Assembly: GCA_019828565.1 (NCBI GenBank)
Contig: JAHDYR010000018.1
Coordinates: forward strand, 1-22,010
Length of the DNA: 22,010 nt
Direction of reading: 5' to 3'
Origin: Carpediemonas membranifera BICM
Lineage: Eukaryota; Protista; Fornicata
Part shown: piece by piece, positions 8,640-17,311 of the stretch
Position numbering within the stretch: the first letter of the stretch is position 1
How the letters are laid out: the number at the start of each line of letters is the position of its first letter
Notes under the pieces: model-generated
The model's input: only the letters and a program-made list of their open reading frames with translations
What the model was told of the DNA's origin: nothing
Database searches by the model: none
Translations under genes and position numbers: made by a program

Positions 8640-9977
8640 TTACTGGGAGCCGATGAGCTTCTCAACGTCCTCGACGGTCTTGGGGACAGTGGTAATGACG
8701 TAGTGGCCGTCGTTGGTCACGAGGATGTCGTCCTCCAGACGGATGCCGCCGACCTCAGCCTGGTACTCGCGGAGGACCTTCTCGTTGATGTACTTGGACT
8801 TCTCGGGGTCTGCCAGGGCGGGGTTGATCGTCTCGTTGACGAAGTAGCAGCCAGGCTCGACTGTCACGACCATGCGCTCGGTCAGCTCGCGCTGGAGGCG
8901 GAGGTTGGCCTCACCGGGGGCGGTGAGGCGGGGCACACCCTCGATGAACCCGCCGACGTCGTGGACCTCGAGGCCCATGAGGTGGCCGAGACCGTGGGGG
9001 AAGAAGATGGAGGGGATGTAGAGCTTCTTGGCCTCAGCGAGGTCGCCGACGAGGATGCCGAGGTCGTGCAGACCCTGGGCGATGACGTTCGTGGCGTGGT
9101 CGTGGATGTCCTTCCAGTGGAGGCCGGGGCGGATCATCTCGATGCACTCGATGTTGGCCTTGAGCACGATGTTGTACAGGGCCTTCTGGCGCTCAGTGAA
9201 CTTGCCGTCGACCGGGAAGGTGCGGGTGATGTCGGCAGCGTAGCACTTGTCCTCGAAACCACCGTCGATGAGCATCATCTGGCCGGGCTTGATAACCTTG
9301 TTGTTTGCCGTGTAGTGGAGCGTCGACGCAGAGGGGCCAGCGCCGGTGATAGCGGGGAACGAGTGGAAGCGGAGGCCCTCCATGTACGCGTGGTAGTTGA
9401 GGGTGGCGTCGGCCTGGTATTCGACCATGCCGGCCTTCACCATCTTCATCGTCTCACGGAATGCCTTGGAGGTGCCGTCGCAGGCGGACTGGATGAGAAT
9501 CATCTCGTCCTCGGACTTGAGAACACGGCACTCGACGATGGCAGTCTTGAGGGCAGCATCGAAGACGACGTTCTTGACCTCGGGGTACTCCACGAAGGAA
9601 TGGATCTCGCCAGTGAGGCCGGCGAGGAACTCAGCCTCCTCGTCGACGTAGATCACGCGGTCGGCACCGAAGCGCTCTCTGACCTCCTCTGGGGTGTCGA
9701 TGTGGCCCATCCACACGGCGTACTCGGCGGGAAGGCGGGGCATCAGGAGAGTGAGCTCCTTCTTGGCCACGTCGAGAACAAGGTGGAAATCGGGCTCAGT
9801 GACGCCGGTCAGGTACATAAACATGGCTTCCTGGCGGAATACAACGTCCACGTCGGTGTTGTAACGGGTGGTGGACTCACCGCCCTGGTGGTAGATGAAA
9901 CCGCCCTTGGTGTAAGCGTCGCAAAGACGCTCTCTGTTGCCCTTGAAGATGTGCTTGGTCTCGCCAGTATAAACCAT
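8640..9977 (-). CDS. PEPD: Xaa-Pro dipeptidase (prolidase, peptidase M24B), 445 aa
   Basis: FRQEAMFMYLTGVTEPD, LHY, LIDGG...YAADITRTFP, FPHGLGHLMGLEVHDVGG, TVEPGCYF, GGIRLEDD metal-ligand motifs. First in-frame ATG is at 9977. Confidence 0.93.
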   Translation of the reverse strand: MVYTGETKHIFKGNRERLCDAYTKGGFIYHQGGESTTRYNTDVDVVFRQEAMFMYLTGVTEPDFHLVLDVAKKELTLLMPRLPAEYAVWMGHIDTPEEVRERFGADRVIYVDEEAEFLAGLTGEIHSFVEYPEVKNVVFDAALKTAIVECRVLKSEDEMILIQSACDGTSKAFRETMKMVKAGMVEYQADATLNYHAYMEGLRFHSFPAITGAGPSASTLHYTANNKVIKPGQMMLIDGGFEDKCYAADITRTFPVDGKFTERQKALYNIVLKANIECIEMIRPGLHWKDIHDHATNVIAQGLHDLGILVGDLAEAKKLYIPSIFFPHGLGHLMGLEVHDVGGFIEGVPRLTAPGEANLRLQRELTERMVVTVEPGCYFVNETINPALADPEKSKYINEKVLREYQAEVGGIRLEDDILVTNDGHYVITTVPKTVEDVEKLIGSQ

Positions 9978-9985
9978 TGTAATGT

Positions 9986-10017
9986 CTGTGTGAGCTCCTT
10001 TCCATGGTACTACATAC
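9986..10017 (-). other. Probable 32-nt 5'-UTR intron ending 8 nt before the prolidase ATG
   Basis: GTATGT...CTCACACAG, a perfect fit to the window consensus. The upstream exon has no in-frame ATG. Confidence 0.72.
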
Positions 10018-10230
10018 GACAATAGTGATGTGACTGTGCTGGAGTCGAGGGCCCTCAGTCTTCGCGAGTCATCGCAGTCATTGTTGAGAAATGACGCAGC
10101 TGCTCTTCACCTATACCTGAGAGCGGAGAGGGCTCTTCGAAAGCCGTGTGAGCGATTGCGGTGCTGGACACCCGTGTCCGACATACAACTCCAGTCCCAC
10201 TCTCCACCATCGCTAGCCGCATATGTTTAC

Positions 10231-10911
10231 TTATTCCTGGAGGGCGTCCTCCATGTCCTCGAGCTCGGCCTCGTACTCAAACTCCCCAACAAACTCCTGG
10301 TCGAACCCGGCGTCTTCTTCCTCCTCCTCATCAACATACGCCTCCTTGTGGAAGTTGTAGATGTCGTTGTACGCCGACCCCTCCTTGAGTCTGGCGAGCA
10401 GCTCACTCTTGATGCCGCCCTCGATCTTGGCAGCAACGAGCGCCTTGGCTTGCCGGGCCCGCTCACGGCGCTCGACCTTCTTGTTGATGGCGACGAGCTT
10501 GGGCTGGACCTTGTTCTTGAGCGACTTCATCCTCTTGAGCATGGCGGTGAGGCGCTCGAACCGGTTGTAGAGGTTATCGATAATATACTGGTCCAGATGC
10601 CCTGCTTCGGCCGTGATCTGCTGCTTGGCCTCCTCCAGGTCCGTGGAGAGCTCGGTTTGCTCCCACATATCGGCGGGATTGTAAGCACGCTCGGCGGCCT
10701 TCACAAACAGGATGAGCTTGCCCTTCTCCTCTAGGATGGTAGCATACTCCGCATTAGCCAGGGTGCAACTCTTTCTATCGCAAACACCGCTCACGTTGTA
10801 CCTATAGCGGCACAACGTCTGTTTCTTCGTCTTCACCATGTGTGAGCAAAAGCTATGCTTCAGAACGTTCCAGATCACTTCATCGGCGTGGTTGTTCGAG
10901 TTCTGATTCAT
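10231..10911 (-). CDS. MAK16: MAK16 60S ribosome biogenesis protein, 226 aa
   Basis: DEVIWNVLKHSFCS...CRYRYNVSGVCDRKSCTLANAEYAT, KAAERAYNPADMWE, KKVERRERARQAKALVAAKIE...ELLARLKEGSAYNDIYNF, acidic tail. Confidence 0.95.
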   Translation of the reverse strand: MNQNSNNHADEVIWNVLKHSFCSHMVKTKKQTLCRYRYNVSGVCDRKSCTLANAEYATILEEKGKLILFVKAAERAYNPADMWEQTELSTDLEEAKQQITAEAGHLDQYIIDNLYNRFERLTAMLKRMKSLKNKVQPKLVAINKKVERRERARQAKALVAAKIEGGIKSELLARLKEGSAYNDIYNFHKEAYVDEEEEEDAGFDQEFVGEFEYEAELEDMEDALQE

Positions 10912-10991
10912 CTCCGCCGTCTCTACGCACCCGCACTCGCCTGAGCTTTCGTTAATAGCTCACATAAATGCAGTTTACCACGCCCAGAGGT

Positions 10992-11793
10992 CTAACGCTT
11001 GGCCCTGCGCTGCCGCTCGATCTGATTGATCCGCCCCTTCATCTCCAGGATCCGTCTCTTGATGGCCGCCACATCCCCCATTCCCCCGGCCACACGCCGT
11101 TCGTACTCCGCACGGACCTCCCGAAGCTGTGTCTCCCGGGCATATAGCTCGGCCCTGAGGGACTCTGTGGCGTCTGTGTCCGGCTGGGGCGGCGTCGTGA
11201 GGCCCCGGGCACCGGTGACTGCAGCCTCGAGCTTGGCCAGGGCCGGGCTCGTTTTGAGCTCGGCCTCAGATCTCTGGATGTTGGATTTGAGTGCAACAAG
11301 CTCTGACTTGGTTGCCTTAATCTGCTGGCGGAGTGCGGCTGCGTTGTCCCGAGAGACGGTGAGGGCCGACTGGAGATGGGTCAGGTCCGCGCCAAGCTGC
11401 ATCACAGTCGCCTGCAGCTGGGACTGGCGGGTGCGGAAGCTGGCTATGATGGCCTTGACCATCAGCACCGTGGCAGCGATGGAGGAGGAGCCTGCGGTGG
11501 CCGCCTTCGAGGTGGAGATGAGTGTCGCTTCCTTCGCAAGGAACAATTCTGCTGCTGTGTGATAGTGGAAAGCGGTACATACACTTTTGCATCTGCGAGA
11601 GGCATGCTTTCTTGTATTCCAACGCTTCTTTGATGCTGCAGATTTCGTTTTCATTCGTAGCGATAGCTGCAGACTTTTTGGCCACGCTTTCATCGCATGC
11701 AAGGAATGTCTTCTCATTAAGAAACGGCTCGGCATGAATTACACTGCCCTCAAGCTCCTGACTCATGATAGCGTTCTCCGGCGTCGTCACCAT
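10992..11793 (-). CDS. Hypothetical coiled-coil protein, about 257 aa; exons 11793-11583 and 11554-10992
   Basis: Two overlapping ORF-track frames are joined by a canonical intron (...SQMQK S AELFLAKE...). Heptad-rich. The start could instead be 11766. Confidence 0.75.
11555..11582 (-). other. 28-nt spliceosomal intron (phase 1)
   Basis: GTATGT...ATCACACAG joins the two reading frames. Confidence 0.88.
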
Positions 11794-11850
11794 CTCGACT
11801 CAACCGACTCAGCGGCCATCGGAATGCCCATAAGTGACCATCGTAAGTAT

Positions 11851-12963
11851 TTACACAACCTCATAGATGATACCATGTTCCCCGGCCATCTCCACGACTG
11901 CGCCAATGTTGCACATCTCCTGCATGAGGGCTTCAAACGTCGTCCCACCCTGGCACAGGTGGTGCAGCTTCTGCCGGGCCACCTCCTTCGACACCGTGCC
12001 GTCCATAGAGTTCGCCGTCGCCAGCACCATCTTCGCCTCCTCGATGAGGCTTGACGTGTCTCTAGGCTGGCCCATCGCCGGGGCTGGCTGGGCCATGCCC
12101 TGCTGGGGCATCTGGTGCGTCGGCATGGCGAACTGCTGCTGCGGGGCCGCCGGCTGGGTGGGGCCCTGGCGTTGGGAGGCGCGGGGTGCCATGTCCCTCT
12201 GGTACTTGGTGATGTCGAGCTCGCCCTTGAGGGTGAGGTTGGAGTATATCGCCTCGAGGAAGTGGGCAGTCATCACGTTATGGTCAGTGACGGTGGTGTG
12301 CCGCACCGTCATCAGGCGGGGGGCCTCGGTCCCGGCCTGCGGGGCCACCGCGATGACCTGCACCAGGAACGGGGCCGTATTCTGTGATGAGCGCATCTTC
12401 TCCAGCTCCGCGATCTCGGACGAGTCCGCCATGGGGTTAATCCGCACCCACATGTCCGCAGACCCGTCGTCCAGTTGGAGCTCGTGCATCGGACGCTGCA
12501 GAGCACGGTCCGCGAACTGGACGTTGATGCAGAAGCCGACGATGCGGACCAGCGTGTCATCGCTGGCCTTGGTGGGGAAGGGGTCCTTCTGGGAGACGTG
12601 GTTCAGCACCTGAGCAATGGTAACGGGGACCACAAGCTGGCGGTGGCGCTCCTCTTCTTCTGCAGGCTGCTGCTGGAACTGAGTGGCGCCGGTGGGAGCA
12701 TAGCCGGTGGCCATGCCAGTGTCGGCACCGTAGCCGCCAGCACCGCCATACGCGCTCTGGCCACCGCCATAGGCGCCTTGTGCACCATAACCACCTTGCT
12801 GAGCGCCATAGCCGCCCTGTGCCCCGTATCCTCCTTGCTGTGCGCCATATCCGCCTTGTTGTCCGCCATAGGCGCCGCCTTGCATGGCGTAAGGATCACC
12901 ATAGTTAGTATTACCGCCGTAGCCACCGCCGTAGCCGCCGTATCCTCCTCCGTAGCCGTTCAT
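11851..12963 (-). CDS. RPA2: Replication protein A 32-kDa subunit-like (low-complexity N-terminus, OB fold, C-terminal winged helix), 370 aa
   Basis: VPVTIAQV, VRIVG, LQLDDGSA, VTDHNVMTAHFLEAIYSNL are RPA32 OB-fold motifs. The C-terminal FEALMQEMCNIGAVVE resembles the RPA32C winged helix. STN1 is less likely but not excluded. Confidence 0.82.
   Translation of the reverse strand: MNGYGGGYGGYGGGYGGNTNYGDPYAMQGGAYGGQQGGYGAQQGGYGAQGGYGAQQGGYGAQGAYGGGQSAYGGAGGYGADTGMATGYAPTGATQFQQQPAEEEERHRQLVVPVTIAQVLNHVSQKDPFPTKASDDTLVRIVGFCINVQFADRALQRPMHELQLDDGSADMWVRINPMADSSEIAELEKMRSSQNTAPFLVQVIAVAPQAGTEAPRLMTVRHTTVTDHNVMTAHFLEAIYSNLTLKGELDITKYQRDMAPRASQRQGPTQPAAPQQQFAMPTHQMPQQGMAQPAPAMGQPRDTSSLIEEAKMVLATANSMDGTVSKEVARQKLHHLCQGGTTFEALMQEMCNIGAVVEMAGEHGIIYEVV
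12690..12960 (-). repeat. Coding low-complexity repeat (GGYGAQQ / GYGG units)
   Basis: 15 Tyr in the first 92 residues, nearly all within G/A/Q-rich repeats. Confidence 0.9.
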
Positions 12964-13254
12964 TAGTTAGTCTCGGGAAGCGCGCAATTGCACAAAAGTG
13001 CGGCGGCAACGTTCATTTACGGGCAATGTACATGGCAGAAGAATCACCATCACCAGAGGACAGATGCATAGTAGTCATAGCGTCTGTTTCACCGGACAGA
13101 TTGTTGAGCTGCTAACGGGACCGACAAACGGCTTGCGGGACTCCGTGCGACAATGAGCTGGCTTCGTGTGACAGGGGGCTGAAGCAACATGCCAGGCATC
13201 ACCAGGCACCGGTTTAATCATCACATCCCAGCAGCACAAACGAGCGTCCAACAC

Positions 13255-14490
13255 TCATTTCCTCTCCTTGCCGAGGATCTCCTTCAGATTCTCCTCCCGC
13301 CTGTTGGCCGCCCCCAGCATCGTCTGCCCCGCCTTCACCCAGCCGTCCGGCCCATAAATCTGGTCAAACCCGCCCACAGTCGTCTCATTTCCACTGAGCC
13401 GCCCCTCGAGGTCGGCAATAGTGAACATATCATCGAGCATCGCGTGCTTCAAGCTGTAGTCGTCTGCGGTATCAGCAGTGAGACTTGGGCTGGCGTTGAT
13501 CTCTATGAGCCAGGGCTTGAGCGAGCTGTCGAGCATCACGTCGTACCCATACAGCTCGAAGCAGTGCTTGTCGTTGATCATACGCCCCGCCACAGCCTGG
13601 AGGGACCGCACGACAAGCACCTGGATGTCTACGAACGCCTGGTCGACTGCCTGTGTCCCGTGGAGCTGGGTGAGGTACTCCCGAAGTTGTTGGATCGACC
13701 ACTTGCACCCGTCACCATCGCCCTCATACTCGTCGCTGTGTTTCTGAATGGCGACGTTTGTCAGGTGGACGGTGTTGTCGGCGAGGTCGCTGAGGTCCAT
13801 CGTGAACCGCTGGAACGTGAAGCGGCCGAACCCGTCTCGACAGAACCACACCGTGAGGGGCGAGTAGCTCGTGACGAAGGCGTACAGTCGCATGTCGAAC
13901 TTCTTCCCGCCCACGGTGTACGGGTTTGAGATGTACTGCTGGAACACATACGTCTCAGGCCCCGGCTCACTGTCCTGCTCGTACCGGGACCCGCGACGCC
14001 ACTCGGACACCTGGCTGAGCTTGTTAAACAGGAATATGCCGCGGCCCTGGGCCCGTCCCACAGGCTTGGCGATCCACACGCCCCCGCTCGCCCGGAACTC
14101 CTCGGCGAAGAGGGAGTAGTCGCCGGGTACCACGTACGTCTTGGGGTAGAAGTCCAGCTCTTTGGCAACATCGGAGCCTTCCCGCTCCAGGGTCTTGCGG
14201 AGACGCTTCAGGTTCTTCACCATGTGATCCTTCCTCGTCAGCTCATAGTGGTTGCGGAAATGGTTGATACGCTGGTGATCTGATAGATGGGTATGATCGA
14301 AAACCTCCCGCATCCACGCCACATCGGCCCAGAGGAAGTCCCATGCACCGACCTCCTCCCGATCTACCTCTGTCCATCCTCTGTCGATCATCACATCATA
14401 GACGACGTTGCGAAGATGCGTTGCAAATCGAATAGGGCGGTCTTTGATACCGCGCGGCTTCGTCTCACGGTTGTTTGGCGCCCTGAGCAT
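13255..14490 (-). CDS. TTLL9: Tubulin polyglutamylase TTLL9, about 411 aa
   Basis: IRFATHLRNVVYDVM..RGW, WDFLWADVAWMREVFDHTHL, NHFRNHYELTRK..MVKNLKR, WIAKPVGRAQGRGIFLF, KFDMRLY, HLTNVAIQK, CFELYGYD, PWLIEINASPSL. The N-terminal features are TTLL9-type rather than TTLL1-type. Confidence 0.9.
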   Translation of the reverse strand: MLRAPNNRETKPRGIKDRPIRFATHLRNVVYDVMIDRGWTEVDREEVGAWDFLWADVAWMREVFDHTHLSDHQRINHFRNHYELTRKDHMVKNLKRLRKTLEREGSDVAKELDFYPKTYVVPGDYSLFAEEFRASGGVWIAKPVGRAQGRGIFLFNKLSQVSEWRRGSRYEQDSEPGPETYVFQQYISNPYTVGGKKFDMRLYAFVTSYSPLTVWFCRDGFGRFTFQRFTMDLSDLADNTVHLTNVAIQKHSDEYEGDGDGCKWSIQQLREYLTQLHGTQAVDQAFVDIQVLVVRSLQAVAGRMINDKHCFELYGYDVMLDSSLKPWLIEINASPSLTADTADDYSLKHAMLDDMFTIADLEGRLSGNETTVGGFDQIYGPDGWVKAGQTMLGAANRREENLKEILGKERK

Positions 14491-14667
14491 TTCGGACAAA
14501 TAGCGCAGTTTACGGACTCAGCCTCCGCCTGAGGCGTCTGAGCGGCCATAGCGTCATACTGCTGGCATTCTCGACGGTGAAACTGTCGTTTGAGCGAGTT
14601 TTACAACTGAGCAGTGTCTCCCGGCCAACCAACCAGACAAACGGATCGCGCAGTAGAAACGGAAACT

Positions 14668-16320
14668 TTAGTACTGGACCTTCCACTGGTGGTCACGGGC
14701 GTACTGGACAAGGTCGGCGGGGCGCTCGGCCATGGCGTGACCCTGCTCGAAGGCGACCTCCATGACGGCGGCGGCGACGTGGGCGGAGATCTCGCGGATG
14801 TCCTTGAGACGGGGCAGGAGAACGCCCTTGACGACCTCCTCGTCGGGGACGTACTTGGCGCAGGCCGTCGCGGCGGCCGAGATCATCTCCTCGGTGATGA
14901 TCTTAGCCTGGGCGAGCATGGCGCCGTGGCCGATGCCGGGGAAGACGTACATGTTGTTGCACTGGTACTGGGGGATCTTCCTGCCCTCGAAGTCGACGTC
15001 GGGCATGGGGGAGCCTGAGGCGTACACCGCCTTGCCGTGGGAGTAGTCGCTGCACTGCTGGGCCAGGATCTCGCACTTGGACGTGGGGTTCGAGAGCGCG
15101 AAGATGATGGGGCGCTCGGTGTTCTTGCAGGCCTCCCCGATGATCTCCTTGGTGAAGGAGCCGGGGATGGTGGAGAGGCCCATGAGTGCAGTGGGCTTGG
15201 CGTACTTCACAACGTCCATGAGCGTGCGGACGGGGGTGCCGGCAGGCACGTCGTCGCGGGCATAGGGCCGCTTGTGCTCGTTAGCAGCCAGGTTGGCCTC
15301 GTCGGCGGTCGTCACGAGGCCGCGGGAGTCGACGAGGTAGAAGTGCTTGCGGGCCTGCTCGATCGTGTAGTCGGGGCCGACCAGGAGCTGGGCTAGAGCC
15401 TCAGCCACGCCAACGCCACCAGCACCGGCGCCGAGGAAGATGAAGCGGTGGTCGCGGGGGGTGGTGTTGGTTGCCCGACAGGCGTTGACGAACGTCGCGG
15501 CGGCGATGCAGCCAGTGCCCTGGATGTCGTCGTTGAAGGTGCGGTTCTCATAGCGGTAGCGCTCGAGGAGCTCGAACGCGTGGACCTTGGAGAAGTCCTC
15601 GAACTGGAGGACACATGAGGACCACTTGTCCTTGACGGCGGCGACAAACTCGTCGATGTAGGCGACGTACTTGTCCTCGTCGGGGTGGCCGTCCCTGGAG
15701 CCCATGTAGAAGGGGGAGAGGGGGTCGTTGTTCGTCCCGAGGTCGAGGGTGATGGGGAGAACGCGGGAGGGGTCGAAGCCGGCGCCGACAGTGTAGAGGG
15801 CAAGCTTGCCGACGGGGATGCCGTGGCCGTTGATGCCAATGTCACCGAGGCCGAGGATTCTGGTTCCGTCTGTGACGACGATGATGTCGACCTCGTTATA
15901 CCAGTTGTCCAGAATCTTACGGATGCTGCCAGCCATGCTAGCGTTCAGGTACATGCCCTTGGGCCAGGAGCGCCAGATATCAGAGTACTGGACGCACGCA
16001 GCGCCGACGGTGGGGGTGTAGACGATGGGGAGAGTCTCTTCAATGTGGGTGAGAAGGAACTTGAAGTAAAGAGTCTCGTTGGCCTGCTGGAGGTGATAGA
16101 GATAGATGAACTTGTCCATGACAGTGTTCAGCTCCTTCCACTGAACCTCACAGCGGGCAACCTGCTGCTCAATAGTTTCAACACAAGGAGGAATGAGGCC
16201 GACGAGGCCGTGGGCCTCACGCTCCTCTTGCGTGAAGGCAGTGTCCTTGTTCTTGAACTGGTTGCGGATCAGCTCGTAGCCGTTCATCGTTATTGTCTCG
16301 TCGGTTAGTCTGGAATTCAT
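14668..16320 (-). CDS. Malic enzyme (NAD(P)-dependent, large-subunit type), 539-550 aa
   Basis: NKDTAFT, PIVYTPTVG, VTDGTRILGLGDIG, QFEDF, FNDDIQGTG, GAGAGGVG, PIIFALSNPT, QCNNMYVFPGIG. Start is ATG 16320 or 16287. Cofactor and compartment cannot be determined here. Confidence 0.96.
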   Translation of the reverse strand: MNSRLTDETITMNGYELIRNQFKNKDTAFTQEEREAHGLVGLIPPCVETIEQQVARCEVQWKELNTVMDKFIYLYHLQQANETLYFKFLLTHIEETLPIVYTPTVGAACVQYSDIWRSWPKGMYLNASMAGSIRKILDNWYNEVDIIVVTDGTRILGLGDIGINGHGIPVGKLALYTVGAGFDPSRVLPITLDLGTNNDPLSPFYMGSRDGHPDEDKYVAYIDEFVAAVKDKWSSCVLQFEDFSKVHAFELLERYRYENRTFNDDIQGTGCIAAATFVNACRATNTTPRDHRFIFLGAGAGGVGVAEALAQLLVGPDYTIEQARKHFYLVDSRGLVTTADEANLAANEHKRPYARDDVPAGTPVRTLMDVVKYAKPTALMGLSTIPGSFTKEIIGEACKNTERPIIFALSNPTSKCEILAQQCSDYSHGKAVYASGSPMPDVDFEGRKIPQYQCNNMYVFPGIGHGAMLAQAKIITEEMISAAATACAKYVPDEEVVKGVLLPRLKDIREISAHVAAAVMEVAFEQGHAMAERPADLVQYARDHQWKVQY

Positions 16321-16374
16321 GACACGATCGCATCGAATCAGGTCCAGATCTGCAGAGACAGGCCGCTATCAGTG

Positions 16375-16382
16375 TATTTATA
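16375..16382 (-). promoter_or_regulatory. Candidate TATA box upstream of malic enzyme
   Basis: TATAAATA on the minus strand, about 55 nt upstream of ATG 16320, in an otherwise GC-rich spacer. Confidence 0.4.
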
Positions 16383-16560
16383 CTCTGTTCGGCCAGTGCC
16401 ACGGAGTGATGCGGGCAGAGGGGCGGATCTCTCCCTTGTGTTCGTACGAGACACGCAGGAATCAACTGGCACTCAAACCGGACTATCACAATTAAACATG
16501 CCCAGTGAGATGACAGCCCCATGCACATAGGGCGGGTGGCGCCATGTACCATGCCCGGCA

Positions 16561-17067
16561 TCACAGCACCGGCGTCTGTGTGATGCTCATGCTCATTGTG
16601 GGGCTGCTCACCGCCGTGACAGACGGGAGGTTGGACAGCAGCGAGCTATCGGACTCCCGGGTCCGGCCCAGGGTGCCCGACGAGGCGGGGTCCAGGGAAT
16701 ACTCGCCGAGAAGACGGACAGTGCGTACTTGGTTCGAGAGAACACTGCGGAATTGCCGGATCTCCTCGTGGGCGGACTCGATCGCCAGTTGGAGGGGAGA
16801 CGTCGAGTTGGCGGAGAAGGCGGAACCCTTGCTCGACGTCGGGGACGTTTGCAGCATTGGCTTCGGTCTATATGAGCCTGTACTGCTCGAAGAATTCGCA
16901 GTCGAGGTTCGGCGTTGATCCATGCGGAATTTCTTGCGGTTCAGCTCCACTTCTTTGCGTTCAAGGTGAATTCGCTTACGCTCGTGAACAAGGGTTTCTC
17001 GACGCTGCAAGAGATTCTCGATTATCGAATCTAGCTGCAGCATCATGCGCTCGTCTGAATCCCCCAT
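16561..17067 (-). CDS. Hypothetical protein, 168 aa (short coiled coil, Ser-rich)
   Basis: First ATG at 17067 (MGDSDERMMLQLDSIIENLLQRRETL...). No family recognised. Confidence 0.65.
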   Translation of the reverse strand: MGDSDERMMLQLDSIIENLLQRRETLVHERKRIHLERKEVELNRKKFRMDQRRTSTANSSSSTGSYRPKPMLQTSPTSSKGSAFSANSTSPLQLAIESAHEEIRQFRSVLSNQVRTVRLLGEYSLDPASSGTLGRTRESDSSLLSNLPSVTAVSSPTMSMSITQTPVL

Positions 17068-17075
17068 TGAGTATT

Positions 17076-17219
17076 TGCTTGTGTCAAATCGATTTACACG
17101 TATACATACCTCTTGATGTACCGGTCCGCACCGGTCCAAGTCTGTCAAACGCCGGCCAGCCTACAGGCCGGGGGCGGAGCTGCCACTAACGCTGGCGAAA
17201 CGACTGCTTGTGTCAAATC
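17076..17219. repeat. 15-bp exact direct repeat TGCTTGTGTCAAATC at 17076-17090 and 17205-17219
   Basis: Both copies read directly within the same intergenic spacer. Confidence 0.85.
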
Positions 17220-17311
17220 TGACAGAACCTGTCGACACGAGAGGCCCAAGAGTGTACAAAGCTGCGAAAATGATGCTTTTAAACACACGAGCGACCGTAT
17301 AAACTATCTCT

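Noticed and set aside
14483-14549. Upstream exon (MAAQTPQAEAE, ATG 14549) joined to TTLL9 by a 35-nt GTCCGT...GCTCAG intron
   Set aside because: It is in frame, but the acceptor lacks the THACNCAG seen in all credible introns, and ATG 14490 suffices. Not fully excluded.
17078-17109. 5'-UTR intron GTATGT...TGACACAAG
   Set aside because: The donor and size are good, but it ends in AAG with shifted spacing and overlaps the direct repeat. Needs RNA evidence.
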